From assembly GCF_001735745.1 (NCBI RefSeq), contig NZ_CP017260.1, forward strand, positions 840,001 to 872,000: DNA of 32,000 bases. The letters are read 5' to 3'. Source of the stretch: Formosa sp. Hel1_33_131 (GTDB taxonomy: Bacteria > Bacteroidota > Bacteroidia > Flavobacteriales > Flavobacteriaceae). Below are positions 1 to 9,835 of the stretch, piece by piece; position 1 is the stretch's first letter, and each line of letters starts with the position of its first letter. Made by a program: the position numbers and the translations under genes. The notes below the pieces were generated by a model. That model saw only the letters and a list, made by a program, of their open reading frames with translations. It ran no database searches and was not told the origin of the DNA.

Positions 1-1707
1 CTTTTTGAACGGGTGAAATCCGTTTACAACACCAAAGCATCACTTTCATTAACCGAAGAGCAAAAAACACTTTTAGATAAAAAATACAAAGGTTTTTCTA
101 GAAATGGTGCCAACCTCAACGCCGATCAAAAAGAAATTTTGCGCGTGATTGACAAAGAGCAAAGCCAACTCCAACTCACCTTTGGTGAAAATATTTTAGC
201 AGAAACCAACCGCTATGAACTTCTAATTACGGAAGTGTCGGATTTAGAGGGACTGCCAGAAGGCGCGATTGAAGCTGCCAAGCAAATGGCAGAAGAAAAA
301 GATAAAAAAGGATGGTTACTCACCCTCGATTATCCCAGCTATGTGCCTTTTATGACCTACGCAAAAAATAGAAACTTAAGAAAACAACTTGCCCTTGCCT
401 TTGGTCAAAAAGGATTCCAAAATGATAATTTAGACAACCAAGACATTGTTTTAAAAATTACACAATTACGTTACAAAAGAGCTCAACTTTTAGGATATGA
501 AACCCATGCGCATTTTGTGTTAGAAGAGCGGATGGCTAAAACCCCTGAAACGGTGCGCACTTTTTTAGAAGACCTTTTGGAAAAAGCACAGCCGGCAGCC
601 AAAAAAGAGTTTGAAGAACTGGAAAATTTCGCCAAAAATTTAGACAACATTGATCGTTTAGAAAAATGGGACAGTGCCTATTACTCTGAAAAATTAAAGC
701 AAGAACGCTTCAACTTTGATGACGAACAACTGAAGCCTTACTTCAAATTAGAAAATGTGATTGAAGGGGCTTTTACAGTCGCACAAAAATTATTTGGATT
801 ACAGTTTGTACAAACGGACACTATTGACACCTATCACAAAGATGTGATGACCTATAAAGTAGAAGATTCAAAACAAAATTTAGTCGCCATTTTTTATGCA
901 GATTTTTTCCCGAGAGCAGGGAAACGCAATGGCGCTTGGATGACCTCCTATAAATCTCAATATGTAAAAAACACTAAAAACGAAAGACCTCACGTATCTA
1001 TCGTTTGTAATTTCACAAAACCGACTTCGACAAAACCATCTTTACTCACCTTTAACGAAGTGACGACACTGTTCCATGAATTTGGACACGCCCTTCACGG
1101 AATGTTAGCAGACACCATATATCCGAGTTTATCCGGCACTAGTGTAGCATGGGATTTTGTAGAATTGCCGAGTCAAATCATGGAAAATTGGTGTTATGAA
1201 AAAGAGGCCTTGGCGCTCTTTGCTAAGCACTATAAAACGGGCGAGAGCATCCCTATGGAACTTATTGATAAGATCAAGGCGGCTTCAACATTTCAACAAG
1301 GAATGCAAACCTTAAGACAGTTGAGTTTTGGCTTATTAGACATGAGCTGGCACGGAGTTGATCCAACCGAAATAACGAATGTAAAGCAGCATGAAACCGC
1401 AGCGTTCCTAGAAACGCAGTTGTTTCCAGATGTGGCAGAAAATTGCATGTCAACAGCTTTTGCACATATCTTTCAAGGGGGATACTCCTCAGGATATTAC
1501 AGCTACAAATGGGCAGAAGTTTTAGATGCCGATGCCTTTGAATATTTTAAAGAAAATGATCTTTTTGATCCTGAAATTGCAGCCGCTTTCAAAACACATG
1601 TATTGAGTAAAGGTGGAACGCAAGACCCTTTAGAATTGTATGTAAAATTTCGTGGTCAGAAACCAAAAGCAGAAGCCTTGCTAAAACGGTCAGGTCTTTT
1701 GAATTAG
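1..1707 (+). CDS. dcp: M3-family zinc metallopeptidase (peptidyl-dipeptidase Dcp / oligopeptidase A-like), 5' end outside window
   Basis: The frame is open from base 1, so the track start at 13 is an internal GTG. HEFGHALH zinc motif and the C-terminal GGYSSGYYSYKWAEVLDADAF block are typical of M3 peptidases. Confidence 0.85.
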   Translation, partial: LFERVKSVYNTKASLSLTEEQKTLLDKKYKGFSRNGANLNADQKEILRVIDKEQSQLQLTFGENILAETNRYELLITEVSDLEGLPEGAIEAAKQMAEEKDKKGWLLTLDYPSYVPFMTYAKNRNLRKQLALAFGQKGFQNDNLDNQDIVLKITQLRYKRAQLLGYETHAHFVLEERMAKTPETVRTFLEDLLEKAQPAAKKEFEELENFAKNLDNIDRLEKWDSAYYSEKLKQERFNFDDEQLKPYFKLENVIEGAFTVAQKLFGLQFVQTDTIDTYHKDVMTYKVEDSKQNLVAIFYADFFPRAGKRNGAWMTSYKSQYVKNTKNERPHVSIVCNFTKPTSTKPSLLTFNEVTTLFHEFGHALHGMLADTIYPSLSGTSVAWDFVELPSQIMENWCYEKEALALFAKHYKTGESIPMELIDKIKAASTFQQGMQTLRQLSFGLLDMSWHGVDPTEITNVKQHETAAFLETQLFPDVAENCMSTAFAHIFQGGYSSGYYSYKWAEVLDADAFEYFKENDLFDPEIAAAFKTHVLSKGGTQDPLELYVKFRGQKPKAEALLKRSGLLN

Positions 1708-2523
1708 GGTCAAAACAACCACAAAAATAAGCACTAGAATCGGAACAGATTCCACCCAAAAAGCGGTGTAATAGCGGCTTTTTTTCTTGGTGCTTTTCGC
1801 TAAAAACACTGCCAATAGAGCGACTGAGGAAATCAATATTAAAAAATTATTTTGGTTAAATTCATGTTTGAAAAACTCTAGCAAAATCGTATCTCCCAAC
1901 ATGGCATAGCCAATAATTTTAGTGTATGGAATTCCAATTTTTTGTGGAATAGTGGATAGATGAAGTTGGTCTGTATCCAAATCGCGAATCTCAAAAGGAA
2001 GCATCAGTATAATGACAATAAACGTGCGCTGCACCCCCAAAATCCAATGATCAAAAACGAATGTTTGTTGGGACTCTAAAACAGGTAATACCACCGTAGC
2101 CATCGCCCAAACCAATGCAATAATATAAATTTTAACCCCTCCAATAGACCTTAAGTTTTTAGGTGTTTTGACACCCATTGGAATCGCATATAAAAAAGTA
2201 ATCAACCCCAAAATTACAAAGAGAATTTGACTGCTTAGCTGAAGTAGAAAAAAAATAGATGCAAATCCGATCAAACTCAACACAGACACCAATTGAATGT
2301 ATTTTAATTTGGTGGTAAGAGAGCGGTAATAAAACTTTGTAAGCCCAAAATACTTGACAAAATTATACCCTGCAACAGAAGCGAAAAAAACAGCAGTATA
2401 AAAATTTATAGAGATCTCTAAACCCAACTCACACGCCGTTAAAATGCAAAATGAAAGCACGGCGAGTGCCACATGCATACTGCTATTTATATAGAAATCT
2501 AGGAAGCGTTTGAACAAAGTCAT
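1690..2523 (-). CDS. polytopic membrane protein, family not recognised (UbiA-like prenyltransferase is only a weak guess)
   Basis: 277 aa, hydrophobic throughout with at least 7 helix-length segments. Asp-rich loop EIRDLDTDQ. The 3' end overlaps the dcp 3' end by 18 nt (convergent). Confidence 0.6.
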   Translation of the reverse strand: MTLFKRFLDFYINSSMHVALAVLSFCILTACELGLEISINFYTAVFFASVAGYNFVKYFGLTKFYYRSLTTKLKYIQLVSVLSLIGFASIFFLLQLSSQILFVILGLITFLYAIPMGVKTPKNLRSIGGVKIYIIALVWAMATVVLPVLESQQTFVFDHWILGVQRTFIVIILMLPFEIRDLDTDQLHLSTIPQKIGIPYTKIIGYAMLGDTILLEFFKHEFNQNNFLILISSVALLAVFLAKSTKKKSRYYTAFWVESVPILVLIFVVVLTLIQKT

Positions 2524-2609
2524 GGCACAAAAATAGGCAAACTGTTAATAACCCTTTTATTTGTTTGATAACTTTCATTTTAAGTGATTTAAAACCTTTT
2601 TAAATTCCT

Positions 2610-2617
2610 TAGTTTTG
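2610..2617 (+). promoter_or_regulatory. candidate -7 promoter box (TAnnTTTG) upstream of gcvP
   Basis: TAGTTTTG lies 25 nt upstream of the ATG at 2642. Sequence match only. Confidence 0.25.
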
Positions 2618-2641
2618 TTCTTTATTTAAGATCCCTACAAG

Positions 2642-5494
2642 ATGAAAACAGATGTATTTGCCCTAAGACATATTGGACCAAGAGAAGCACACTGTAACGA
2701 AATGTTACAGGTTGTTGGTGCAACTTCTATTGAAGCATTGATCAGCGAAACCGTTCCTGATAACATTCGACTTCAGTCGCCTCTAAATTTGGAAGCGCCT
2801 TTAAGTGAGCAAGAATACCTTGAACACATTCATCAACTGGCTTCGAAAAATAAGGTTTTTAAATCTTATATTGGAATGGGCTACTACCCTTCCAACCTTC
2901 CTGCGGTGATTCAACGAAATATTTTAGAAAATCCAGGATGGTACACGGCTTATACGCCTTACCAAGCTGAGATTGCTCAAGGCCGTTTAGAAGCATTATT
3001 GAATTACCAAACCATGATTTCTGACTTGACGGGAATGGAACTCGCCAATGCCTCTTTATTGGATGAAAGTACAGCTGCTGCCGAAGCCATGGCTCTGTTG
3101 TTTGCAGTGCGTCCAAAGCCACAAGCAAAAGCAGGGACTGTAAAGTTTTTTGTTTCTGACGAGGTATTGCCTCAAACGCTCTCCGTCTTAAAAACACGCG
3201 CAACTCCAATTGGAATTGAATTGGTGTTAGGTGCTGTTGACGATTTTGATTTTTCATCCGAATTTTTTGGTGCATTGCTTCAATACCCTGGGAAATCAGG
3301 GGTCATTATGGAATTGCAGCCTTTTATTTCTAAGGCGAATGAAAACGATATAAAAGTAGCCGTTGCAGCAGATATCCTTAGCTTGGTTGCTTTAGAAGCT
3401 CCAGGTAAATTTGGTGCAGATGTGGTGGTGGGAACCACACAACGTTTTGGAATTCCTATGGGGTATGGTGGACCACACGCCGCCTATTTTGCCACAAAAG
3501 AAGCGTATAAACGTTTTATCCCCGGAAGAATTATAGGGGTCACCAAAGATATGGATGGCAATCGTGCCATGCGAATGGCGCTTCAAACCCGCGAACAACA
3601 CATCAAAAGAGACCGAGCTACTTCCAATATCTGTACTGCACAAGTATTGCTTGCCGTCATGGCAGGAATGTATGCCGTATATCACGGACCTAAAGGCCTG
3701 AAATATATTGCGAATAAAGTTCATAATACAGCTACCACATTAGCAGATGCTTTGGAGAATTTAGAATTTAACTTAGTGCACAACTCCTTTTTTGACACCA
3801 TTCAAGTTAGGATTCCTGAGAACATAGATCTTAAAACTAAAGCAGAACAAAAAGAAGTTAATTTTTATTACCCCGATGCAACAACCGTTTCTATCTCAAT
3901 CAATGAAACAACCACACTTTCAGATCTTAATCTGATACTCTCCATTTTTGCAGAGGTTTACAGCAAAGAAACAACTCAAATTGAAACACTGAGTTCAAAC
4001 ATAAGAATTCCAGAAGCGGCACAACGTCATTCTGATTTCATGACAAATGTGATTTTTAACAGTCACCATTCAGAAACGGAATTGATGCGTTATATAAAAC
4101 GTTTGGAACGCAAAGATTTATCTTTAAATTTCTCTATGATTTCATTGGGATCTTGTACAATGAAACTCAATGCTGCTGTAGAAATGTTGCCTTTGAGCTG
4201 GCCAAATTGGGGGAATATCCACCCATTTGCCCCACTAAATCAAGTGGAAGGCTACCGAACCATGCTCGCCAAACTCGAAGAACAACTCACCGAGATTACA
4301 GGATTTGCAGGGACGTCCCTTCAACCCAATTCTGGAGCCCAAGGAGAATTTGCTGGACTGATGGTGATCAGAGCTTATCATAAATCGAGAGGCGATGCAC
4401 ACCGAAAAATCTGCATCATTCCATCGTCTGCACACGGAACCAATCCCGCAAGTGCTGTGATGGCAGGAATGAAAGTCGTCGTGACAAAATCATCTGAAAA
4501 CGGAAATATTGATGTAGAGGATTTAAGAGAAAAAGCAACGCTTCATAAAGATAATTTAGCCGCTTTGATGGTCACGTATCCATCAACCCACGGGGTGTAT
4601 GAATCTGCGATTAAAGAAATTACTCAAATCATTCACGATAATGGTGGACAGGTTTATATGGATGGTGCCAATATGAATGCGCAAGTAGGTTTGACGAATC
4701 CTGGGAATATTGGTGCCGATGTATGCCATTTGAACCTTCATAAAACCTTTGCCATTCCACATGGTGGTGGCGGTCCTGGAGTTGGTCCCATCTGTGTTGC
4801 CAAACAATTAACACCCTTTTTACCCGGAAATCCATTGATTGAAACGGGAGGAACAGACGCCATTGACTCCATTTCTGGAGCCCCCTTTGGATCGTCCTTA
4901 GCCTGTTTGATTTCTTATGGATACATCAAAATGTTAGGTGCTAAAGGATTGACCGATTCTACGGAAATTGCCATCCTAAATGCCAACTATATCAAAGAAC
5001 GGCTTCAGGGACATTACGATACTTTATACTCTGGTGAACGCGGACGTGCAGCTCACGAAATGATTATTGATTGTCGTGATTTTAAAGCCAACGGTATTGA
5101 AGTGGTGGACATCGCCAAACGACTTATGGACTTCGGATTTCATGCGCCTACAGTATCTTTTCCAGTTGCTGGCACTATGATGATTGAGCCTACAGAAAGT
5201 GAAGGCAAAGCGGAAATGGATCGTTTTTGTGACGCTATGATTGCCATTAGAAAAGAGATTGAAGCAGCGAGTAAAGACCAGCCCAACAATCCCCTAAAAA
5301 ATGCACCGCACACACAAGAAATGCTCACCAAGGATGTTTGGGAATTTCCTTACAGCAGAGCCGTTGCCGCATTCCCATTAAATTATATAAAAGAAGATAA
5401 ATTTTGGCCGTCTGTCCGTCGTGTAGATGACGCTTATGGCGATCGAAATTTAATATGTACATGTGCGCCAATTGAGGCATATGAAGAAGCTTAA
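2642..5494 (+). CDS. gcvP: glycine dehydrogenase (decarboxylating), glycine cleavage P protein
   Basis: 950 aa single-chain P protein. N-terminus FALRHIGP; PLP-lysine region CHLNLHKTFAIPHGGGGPG; full-length colinear family resemblance. Confidence 0.97.
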   Translation: MKTDVFALRHIGPREAHCNEMLQVVGATSIEALISETVPDNIRLQSPLNLEAPLSEQEYLEHIHQLASKNKVFKSYIGMGYYPSNLPAVIQRNILENPGWYTAYTPYQAEIAQGRLEALLNYQTMISDLTGMELANASLLDESTAAAEAMALLFAVRPKPQAKAGTVKFFVSDEVLPQTLSVLKTRATPIGIELVLGAVDDFDFSSEFFGALLQYPGKSGVIMELQPFISKANENDIKVAVAADILSLVALEAPGKFGADVVVGTTQRFGIPMGYGGPHAAYFATKEAYKRFIPGRIIGVTKDMDGNRAMRMALQTREQHIKRDRATSNICTAQVLLAVMAGMYAVYHGPKGLKYIANKVHNTATTLADALENLEFNLVHNSFFDTIQVRIPENIDLKTKAEQKEVNFYYPDATTVSISINETTTLSDLNLILSIFAEVYSKETTQIETLSSNIRIPEAAQRHSDFMTNVIFNSHHSETELMRYIKRLERKDLSLNFSMISLGSCTMKLNAAVEMLPLSWPNWGNIHPFAPLNQVEGYRTMLAKLEEQLTEITGFAGTSLQPNSGAQGEFAGLMVIRAYHKSRGDAHRKICIIPSSAHGTNPASAVMAGMKVVVTKSSENGNIDVEDLREKATLHKDNLAALMVTYPSTHGVYESAIKEITQIIHDNGGQVYMDGANMNAQVGLTNPGNIGADVCHLNLHKTFAIPHGGGGPGVGPICVAKQLTPFLPGNPLIETGGTDAIDSISGAPFGSSLACLISYGYIKMLGAKGLTDSTEIAILNANYIKERLQGHYDTLYSGERGRAAHEMIIDCRDFKANGIEVVDIAKRLMDFGFHAPTVSFPVAGTMMIEPTESEGKAEMDRFCDAMIAIRKEIEAASKDQPNNPLKNAPHTQEMLTKDVWEFPYSRAVAAFPLNYIKEDKFWPSVRRVDDAYGDRNLICTCAPIEAYEEA

Positions 5495-5504
5495 TACACA
5501 CCTT

Positions 5505-6563
5505 ATGAATATCAGAATTACAGGAGTCGGGAGTTACATTCCAAAAATAGTACAGAAAAATGAGGCATTTAAAGACCATTCATTTTTAAACATTGATGGA
5601 TCTGAAATCCACTCCTCTAATGAGGTCATTGTAGAGAAATTTAAAGCCATCACCGGTATTTCCGAACGCCGCTATGCAGAAGACCATCTAACGGCTTCTG
5701 ACCTTGGAGCGTTGGCCGCTGAAAAAGCCATTGCAGATGCAGGCATTGACCCAGAAACCTTGGACTACATCATACTTGCGCATAATTTTGGAGATGTCAA
5801 ATCGGGTTCCATTCAAAGTGATATTTTACCCTGTTTAGCGGCGCGTGTCAAAAACAGTTTAAAAATAAAAAATCCAAAATGTGTGGCTTATGATATTCTT
5901 TTTGGATGTCCGGGTTGGATTGAAGGCGTCATTCAAGCGCAAGCTTTTATCAAAGCGGGGATGGCAAAACGATGCTTGGTCATCGGCGCAGAAACACTCT
6001 CAAGAGTGGTCGATCCACACGACCGGGATTCTATGATTTATTCAGATGGCGCAGGTGCTACGATCATCGAATTAGCAGAAGAAGACGGCGGAATATTATC
6101 TCATGAATCGGCTTCTTACACACATGACGAAGTGTATCATTTATTCTTCGGTTGTTCAAATAACAAGTCCTTAGAAGATGGCAACCGTTTCATAAAAATG
6201 TACGGTCGTAAAATTTATGAATTCGCTTTATCAAATGTTCCTGCCGCCATGAAAACCTGTTTGGACAACAGTGGTATGGACATCAAGGATGTGAAGAAAA
6301 TATTGATTCACCAAGCAAATGAAAAAATGGACGAGGCGATTGTAAATCGTTTCTATAGACTTTATAAAACCCCTGTTCCAGAAGGCATCATGCCGATGAG
6401 TATTCATAAATTAGGAAACAGTTCGGTCGCAACGGTGCCGACCTTATTGGACCTCATCAAAAGTGGTCAAATGGAAGGACACGAACTTAATAAAGGAGAT
6501 ATTGTTATATTTGCTAGCGTCGGTGCAGGAATGCACATCAACGCTATCACTTATAAATACTAA
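5505..6563 (+). CDS. 3-oxoacyl-ACP synthase III (KAS III / FabH-like) family protein
   Basis: Start moved to the ATG at 5505 (MNIRITGVGSYIP); the track start at 5463 would overlap the gcvP 3' end. Catalytic-triad contexts are FGCPGW (Cys), IHQAN (His) and GNSSVATVP (Asn). Confidence 0.85.
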   Translation: MNIRITGVGSYIPKIVQKNEAFKDHSFLNIDGSEIHSSNEVIVEKFKAITGISERRYAEDHLTASDLGALAAEKAIADAGIDPETLDYIILAHNFGDVKSGSIQSDILPCLAARVKNSLKIKNPKCVAYDILFGCPGWIEGVIQAQAFIKAGMAKRCLVIGAETLSRVVDPHDRDSMIYSDGAGATIIELAEEDGGILSHESASYTHDEVYHLFFGCSNNKSLEDGNRFIKMYGRKIYEFALSNVPAAMKTCLDNSGMDIKDVKKILIHQANEKMDEAIVNRFYRLYKTPVPEGIMPMSIHKLGNSSVATVPTLLDLIKSGQMEGHELNKGDIVIFASVGAGMHINAITYKY

Positions 6564-6564
6564 T

Positions 6565-7086
6565 ATGTACGCCAATAATTTTCCTAAGAAACGCTACAAG
6601 CACACGCTCGATTTTCTTAAACAACACATAGCACCAACAGAAACCATTTTGGATTTAGGGGTTGAAAACCCATTGTCTGAACTTCTGAAAACGGAAGGCT
6701 ATACAGTGAGTAATACTTCTGGGGAAGATTTGGATGTCAATACGAACACACTCGAAACGGATACTTCCGATGTGGTGACCGCCTTTGAAATTTTTGAACA
6801 TTTAGTATCGCCTTTTACAGTTTTAAAAAATATCAAGGCAGAAAAATTAGTCGCCAGTATTCCACTCCGATTGTGGTTTGCAACTGCCTACCGCAGTAAA
6901 ACCGATCCGAGAGACCGTCATTTTCATGAGTTTGAATCTTGGCAGTTTGACTGGTTGTTAGAAAAAGCTGGCTGGAAAATTATCGCGACGGAAAAATGGA
7001 CCAACCCCACCAAGAAAATTGGATTTCGACCTTTACTCCGTTGGTTTACACCTCGATATTATATTGTTTACGCTGAAAGAATTTGA
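6565..7086 (+). CDS. putative class I SAM-dependent methyltransferase
   Basis: Start moved to the ATG at 6565, 1 nt after the KAS III stop; the track start at 6463 lies inside the KAS III gene. ILDLGVENP (degenerate motif I) and AFEIFEHL motifs. Family assignment is tentative. Confidence 0.55.
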   Translation: MYANNFPKKRYKHTLDFLKQHIAPTETILDLGVENPLSELLKTEGYTVSNTSGEDLDVNTNTLETDTSDVVTAFEIFEHLVSPFTVLKNIKAEKLVASIPLRLWFATAYRSKTDPRDRHFHEFESWQFDWLLEKAGWKIIATEKWTNPTKKIGFRPLLRWFTPRYYIVYAERI

Positions 7087-7940
7087 AGTTTTACATCGTC
7101 ATACCGGCCCATAATGAAGCTGATTTTATTGGTAAAACCCTCCAATCGCTTATAAACCAAAGTTTATGCCCTGCCAAAATTGTGGTGGTGGACGACAACT
7201 CAACAGATGACACAGCGGCCATTGTAACTAATTTATCCAAACAACACCCTTGGATTTCGTTGGTTTCAAACACCTCATCGGAAGCACACTTACCCGGTGA
7301 GAAAATCATCAATGCTTTTTATAAAGGGTATGACTCATTGGATTCAGAATACGATGTCATTTGTAAATTCGATGCAGATGTGATATTCCCTGAAAATTAT
7401 TTAGAAACCCTCGCAAAGCATTACCAAAAAAATTCGCATTTGGGCATGGTCGCAGGGCATTGTTATATAGAACAAAATGGAATTTGGGTGTTGGAAGATC
7501 TAACTTCCAAAGATCACATTCGAGGAGGACTGAAAGCCTATAGAAAAGCGTGTTTTTCAGATATTGGAGGCCTCAAAAAATCGATGGGTTGGGACACCAT
7601 TGATGAATTGTTGGCACTTTACTACAACTGGGAGTTTGAAACGGACGCCTCTTTGCACGTAAAACATCTCAAACCAACAGGAGCTAATTATAACAAAAGT
7701 GCTAAACATTTGCAGGGAACTGCTCTGTATAAAATGCGCTACGGATTTACTTTGGCGTTTTTATCCGCTCTCAAATTAGCTTACAAAAAACGACGCATCC
7801 ATCTTTTTTGGGATTATATCGCAGGGTATATTAAAGCAGCTAATCAGAAAGAACCTTTTTTGATTGATGCAGATCAAGGGGCTTTTGTAAGAGGGTATCG
7901 CTGGAAAAATATCAAACGAAAGTTTAAGCTTCTACGCTAA
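7083..7940 (+). CDS. family 2 glycosyltransferase
   Basis: VIPAHNE, VVVDDNSTDDT and FDADV (DxD) motifs. Apparent TTG start overlaps the upstream stop (TTGA), and no in-frame ATG lies near the conserved N-terminus. Confidence 0.85.
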   Translation: MKFYIVIPAHNEADFIGKTLQSLINQSLCPAKIVVVDDNSTDDTAAIVTNLSKQHPWISLVSNTSSEAHLPGEKIINAFYKGYDSLDSEYDVICKFDADVIFPENYLETLAKHYQKNSHLGMVAGHCYIEQNGIWVLEDLTSKDHIRGGLKAYRKACFSDIGGLKKSMGWDTIDELLALYYNWEFETDASLHVKHLKPTGANYNKSAKHLQGTALYKMRYGFTLAFLSALKLAYKKRRIHLFWDYIAGYIKAANQKEPFLIDADQGAFVRGYRWKNIKRKFKLLR

Positions 7941-8982
7941 CCATCCAATTCAATTCGTCGGGGAGTGTTCCAATTCGAACGCCGTTAATCGTATCCAAAA
8001 CCAATTGTCCCACAGGACTTGTATCAGACACATGAATCAAGGTATCTTTATATCCAATTTCTTGAATCATTGCAATACCAACGGCCGTGCCTGATCCAAA
8101 TGCTTCTTCTAATTCACCGTTGCTAGAGGCTTCAATCACCTCATCAATCGTAATGGGACGTTCAACCACTTCATAGCCTTTATGACGTAAAAAATCAATG
8201 ACACTCATACGTGTAATGCCTGCTAAAATCGAGCCATCTAAAGAAGGGGTGACAAATGCGCCATTAATCTTAAAAAAAATGTTCATGGTTCCTACTTCTT
8301 GAATGTACTTAAATTCGTTGGCATCTAACCAAAGTACTTGGTCAAATCCTTTGGATTTAGCAATTTCAGTAGGAAGCACGGCAGCGGCATAATTTCCTGC
8401 TGCTTTGGCTTCTCCTGTCCCGCCATGTGCTGCACGGATATAAGTGGTCTCCGCATACAAACGGACGCGGTTGGTGTAGATAGGCTTCGATGGGGATGCC
8501 ATCACAATAAATTTATAAGAATTGGCAGCGCGCATCCCAATAAAGGCTTCATCGGCAAACATAAAAGGACGCAGATACAAGGCGCTTCCTTCGTGTGGTG
8601 GAATCCATTTTTGATCTAGATGCACCAATTGTTTCAAGGCATCTACAAACAGTGTTTCAGAAAACTCAGGCATCCCCAAACGGCGGGCACTAAAATTAAG
8701 ACGTTCGGCATTTTTTTCGGGACGAAATAATAAGGGTGCTCCTGTAGTACCGAGTGTTGCTTTCATGCCTTCAAATAAGGCCTGTCCATAATGCAATGCC
8801 ATACAGGCGGGATGCATTGGAATCACTTCCATTGGGGTGATTCTGGGGTTTTCCCATTGTCCGTCTTTATAGTCACACACAAACATATGATCTGTAAACG
8901 TACGCCCTAAGGCGATCGTATCAAAATCAAGCGTATCGACTTTTGACTCCTTAACTGTGGTGATTGAAATTGTATTTGACAT
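7924..8982 (-). CDS. ilvE: branched-chain amino acid aminotransferase (class IV)
   Basis: 352 aa. ALHYGQALFEGMKA and GTGEAKAAGNYAA blocks are typical of IlvE. The 3' end overlaps the GT2 3' end by 17 nt. Confidence 0.9.
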   Translation of the reverse strand: MSNTISITTVKESKVDTLDFDTIALGRTFTDHMFVCDYKDGQWENPRITPMEVIPMHPACMALHYGQALFEGMKATLGTTGAPLLFRPEKNAERLNFSARRLGMPEFSETLFVDALKQLVHLDQKWIPPHEGSALYLRPFMFADEAFIGMRAANSYKFIVMASPSKPIYTNRVRLYAETTYIRAAHGGTGEAKAAGNYAAAVLPTEIAKSKGFDQVLWLDANEFKYIQEVGTMNIFFKINGAFVTPSLDGSILAGITRMSVIDFLRHKGYEVVERPITIDEVIEASSNGELEEAFGSGTAVGIAMIQEIGYKDTLIHVSDTSPVGQLVLDTINGVRIGTLPDELNWMVSVEA

Positions 8983-9020
8983 GGATTTGATGCGTTTTAA
9001 AATGAGGTTAAACTATGAAC

Positions 9021-9773
9021 TTATTTATACTTTTTTAATTGTGTTTTTGTAAAATCACTTAACACCAAGCGACCACTTACGGAGGCGCGTTCGTTTAATA
9101 ATTCACCCCAATGTTCGGTACCTTCCCAAAAAGTTTTTTTTAATTTTTGAAGGGCCTCCGGATTGTATGCGCACAGTTGTGCTGCTAGCAAACTTACTTC
9201 GGTATCTAAAGCACCTATGGAAGGACAAACTTTCATGAACAATCCTTTTTCCTGCGCCCATTGCGCCGAGAAAAATCTAGAAGCTTCCAAACTTAATTGA
9301 GACATGGCACTCAATCCTATTTTACGGGTGACTGCGGGTTCAATCACAAATGGACCAATACCAATAGTGAGTTCACTTAGTTTTATTTCTGAATGGGTCG
9401 TTGCCATACAATAATCGGTTGCTGCTGCCAATCCAACTCCACCGCCAACTGCTTTTCCTTGCACACGACCAATTGTGATTTTAGGACAGTTACGAAGGGC
9501 ATTAATCACATTGGCAAAGCCTTCAAAGAATTCCGCTCCTTGGTGGGGGTTTGAAATTGCAATCAATTCTTCAAAACTTGCACCTGCACAAAAGGTGCGA
9601 TCACCTCCACTTTTAAGAACAATCACTGCAACGGATGGATCTGCACCGGCCGTTTCGATTAATTCCATAAGCCTTGCTAACATTTCTGATGGCAAAGCAT
9701 TGTGAGGCGGGTTATAAAATTCAATATAACCGACTTTATTTTCGACCTTTAAGTGTACGTAAGAAGTTGACAT
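9021..9773 (-). CDS. enoyl-CoA hydratase/isomerase (crotonase) family protein
   Basis: 250 aa. FCAGASFEE oxyanion-hole segment and GKAVGGGVGLAAATD block. Confidence 0.85.
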   Translation of the reverse strand: MSTSYVHLKVENKVGYIEFYNPPHNALPSEMLARLMELIETAGADPSVAVIVLKSGGDRTFCAGASFEELIAISNPHQGAEFFEGFANVINALRNCPKITIGRVQGKAVGGGVGLAAATDYCMATTHSEIKLSELTIGIGPFVIEPAVTRKIGLSAMSQLSLEASRFFSAQWAQEKGLFMKVCPSIGALDTEVSLLAAQLCAYNPEALQKLKKTFWEGTEHWGELLNERASVSGRLVLSDFTKTQLKKYK

Positions 9774-9807
9774 ATTCGCTGAATTTGTTTAGGCTAATAT
9801 ACTAGAA

Positions 9808-9835
9808 TTTTAGGGTTTTATCTATCTCCCTAAAA
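9808..9835 (-). terminator. possible weak intrinsic terminator hairpin at the 3' end of the alaS-GSCFA unit
   Basis: Perfect 8-nt inverted repeat TTTTAGGG (9808-9815) / CCCTAAAA (9828-9835) with a 12-nt loop. It overlaps the GSCFA stop codon. The stem is AT-rich, so it is weak. Confidence 0.3.

Noticed and set aside
1274-1465. 63-aa antisense ORF inside the M3 peptidase gene
   Set aside because: It is embedded opposite a well-supported CDS and has no family features.
2524-2641. Glycine riboswitch upstream of gcvP
   Set aside because: The 118-nt spacer is AT-rich and lacks the conserved GGAGAG / CACCG-type cores. Only a TAnnTTTG promoter-like box is seen.
5463-5504. N-terminal extension of the KAS III ORF as given in the track
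   Set aside because: The extension overlaps the last 32 nt of gcvP and adds a non-conserved MRQLRHMKKLNTHL. The ATG at 5505 gives the typical MNIRITGVGSYIP N-terminus.
2859-5579. Track ORFs inside or antisense to gcvP (2859-3275, 3392-3724, 4153-4383, 4235-4435, 4583-4807, 4629-4835, 5140-5331, 5325-5579)
   Set aside because: All are embedded in the strongly supported 950-aa gcvP reading frame. They have odd composition (Cys/His/Arg/Trp-rich) and no recognisable motifs, so they are shadow ORFs.
6463-6564. N-terminal extension of the methyltransferase ORF
   Set aside because: It lies entirely within the KAS III coding region in another frame. The ATG at 6565 sits 1 nt after the KAS III stop.
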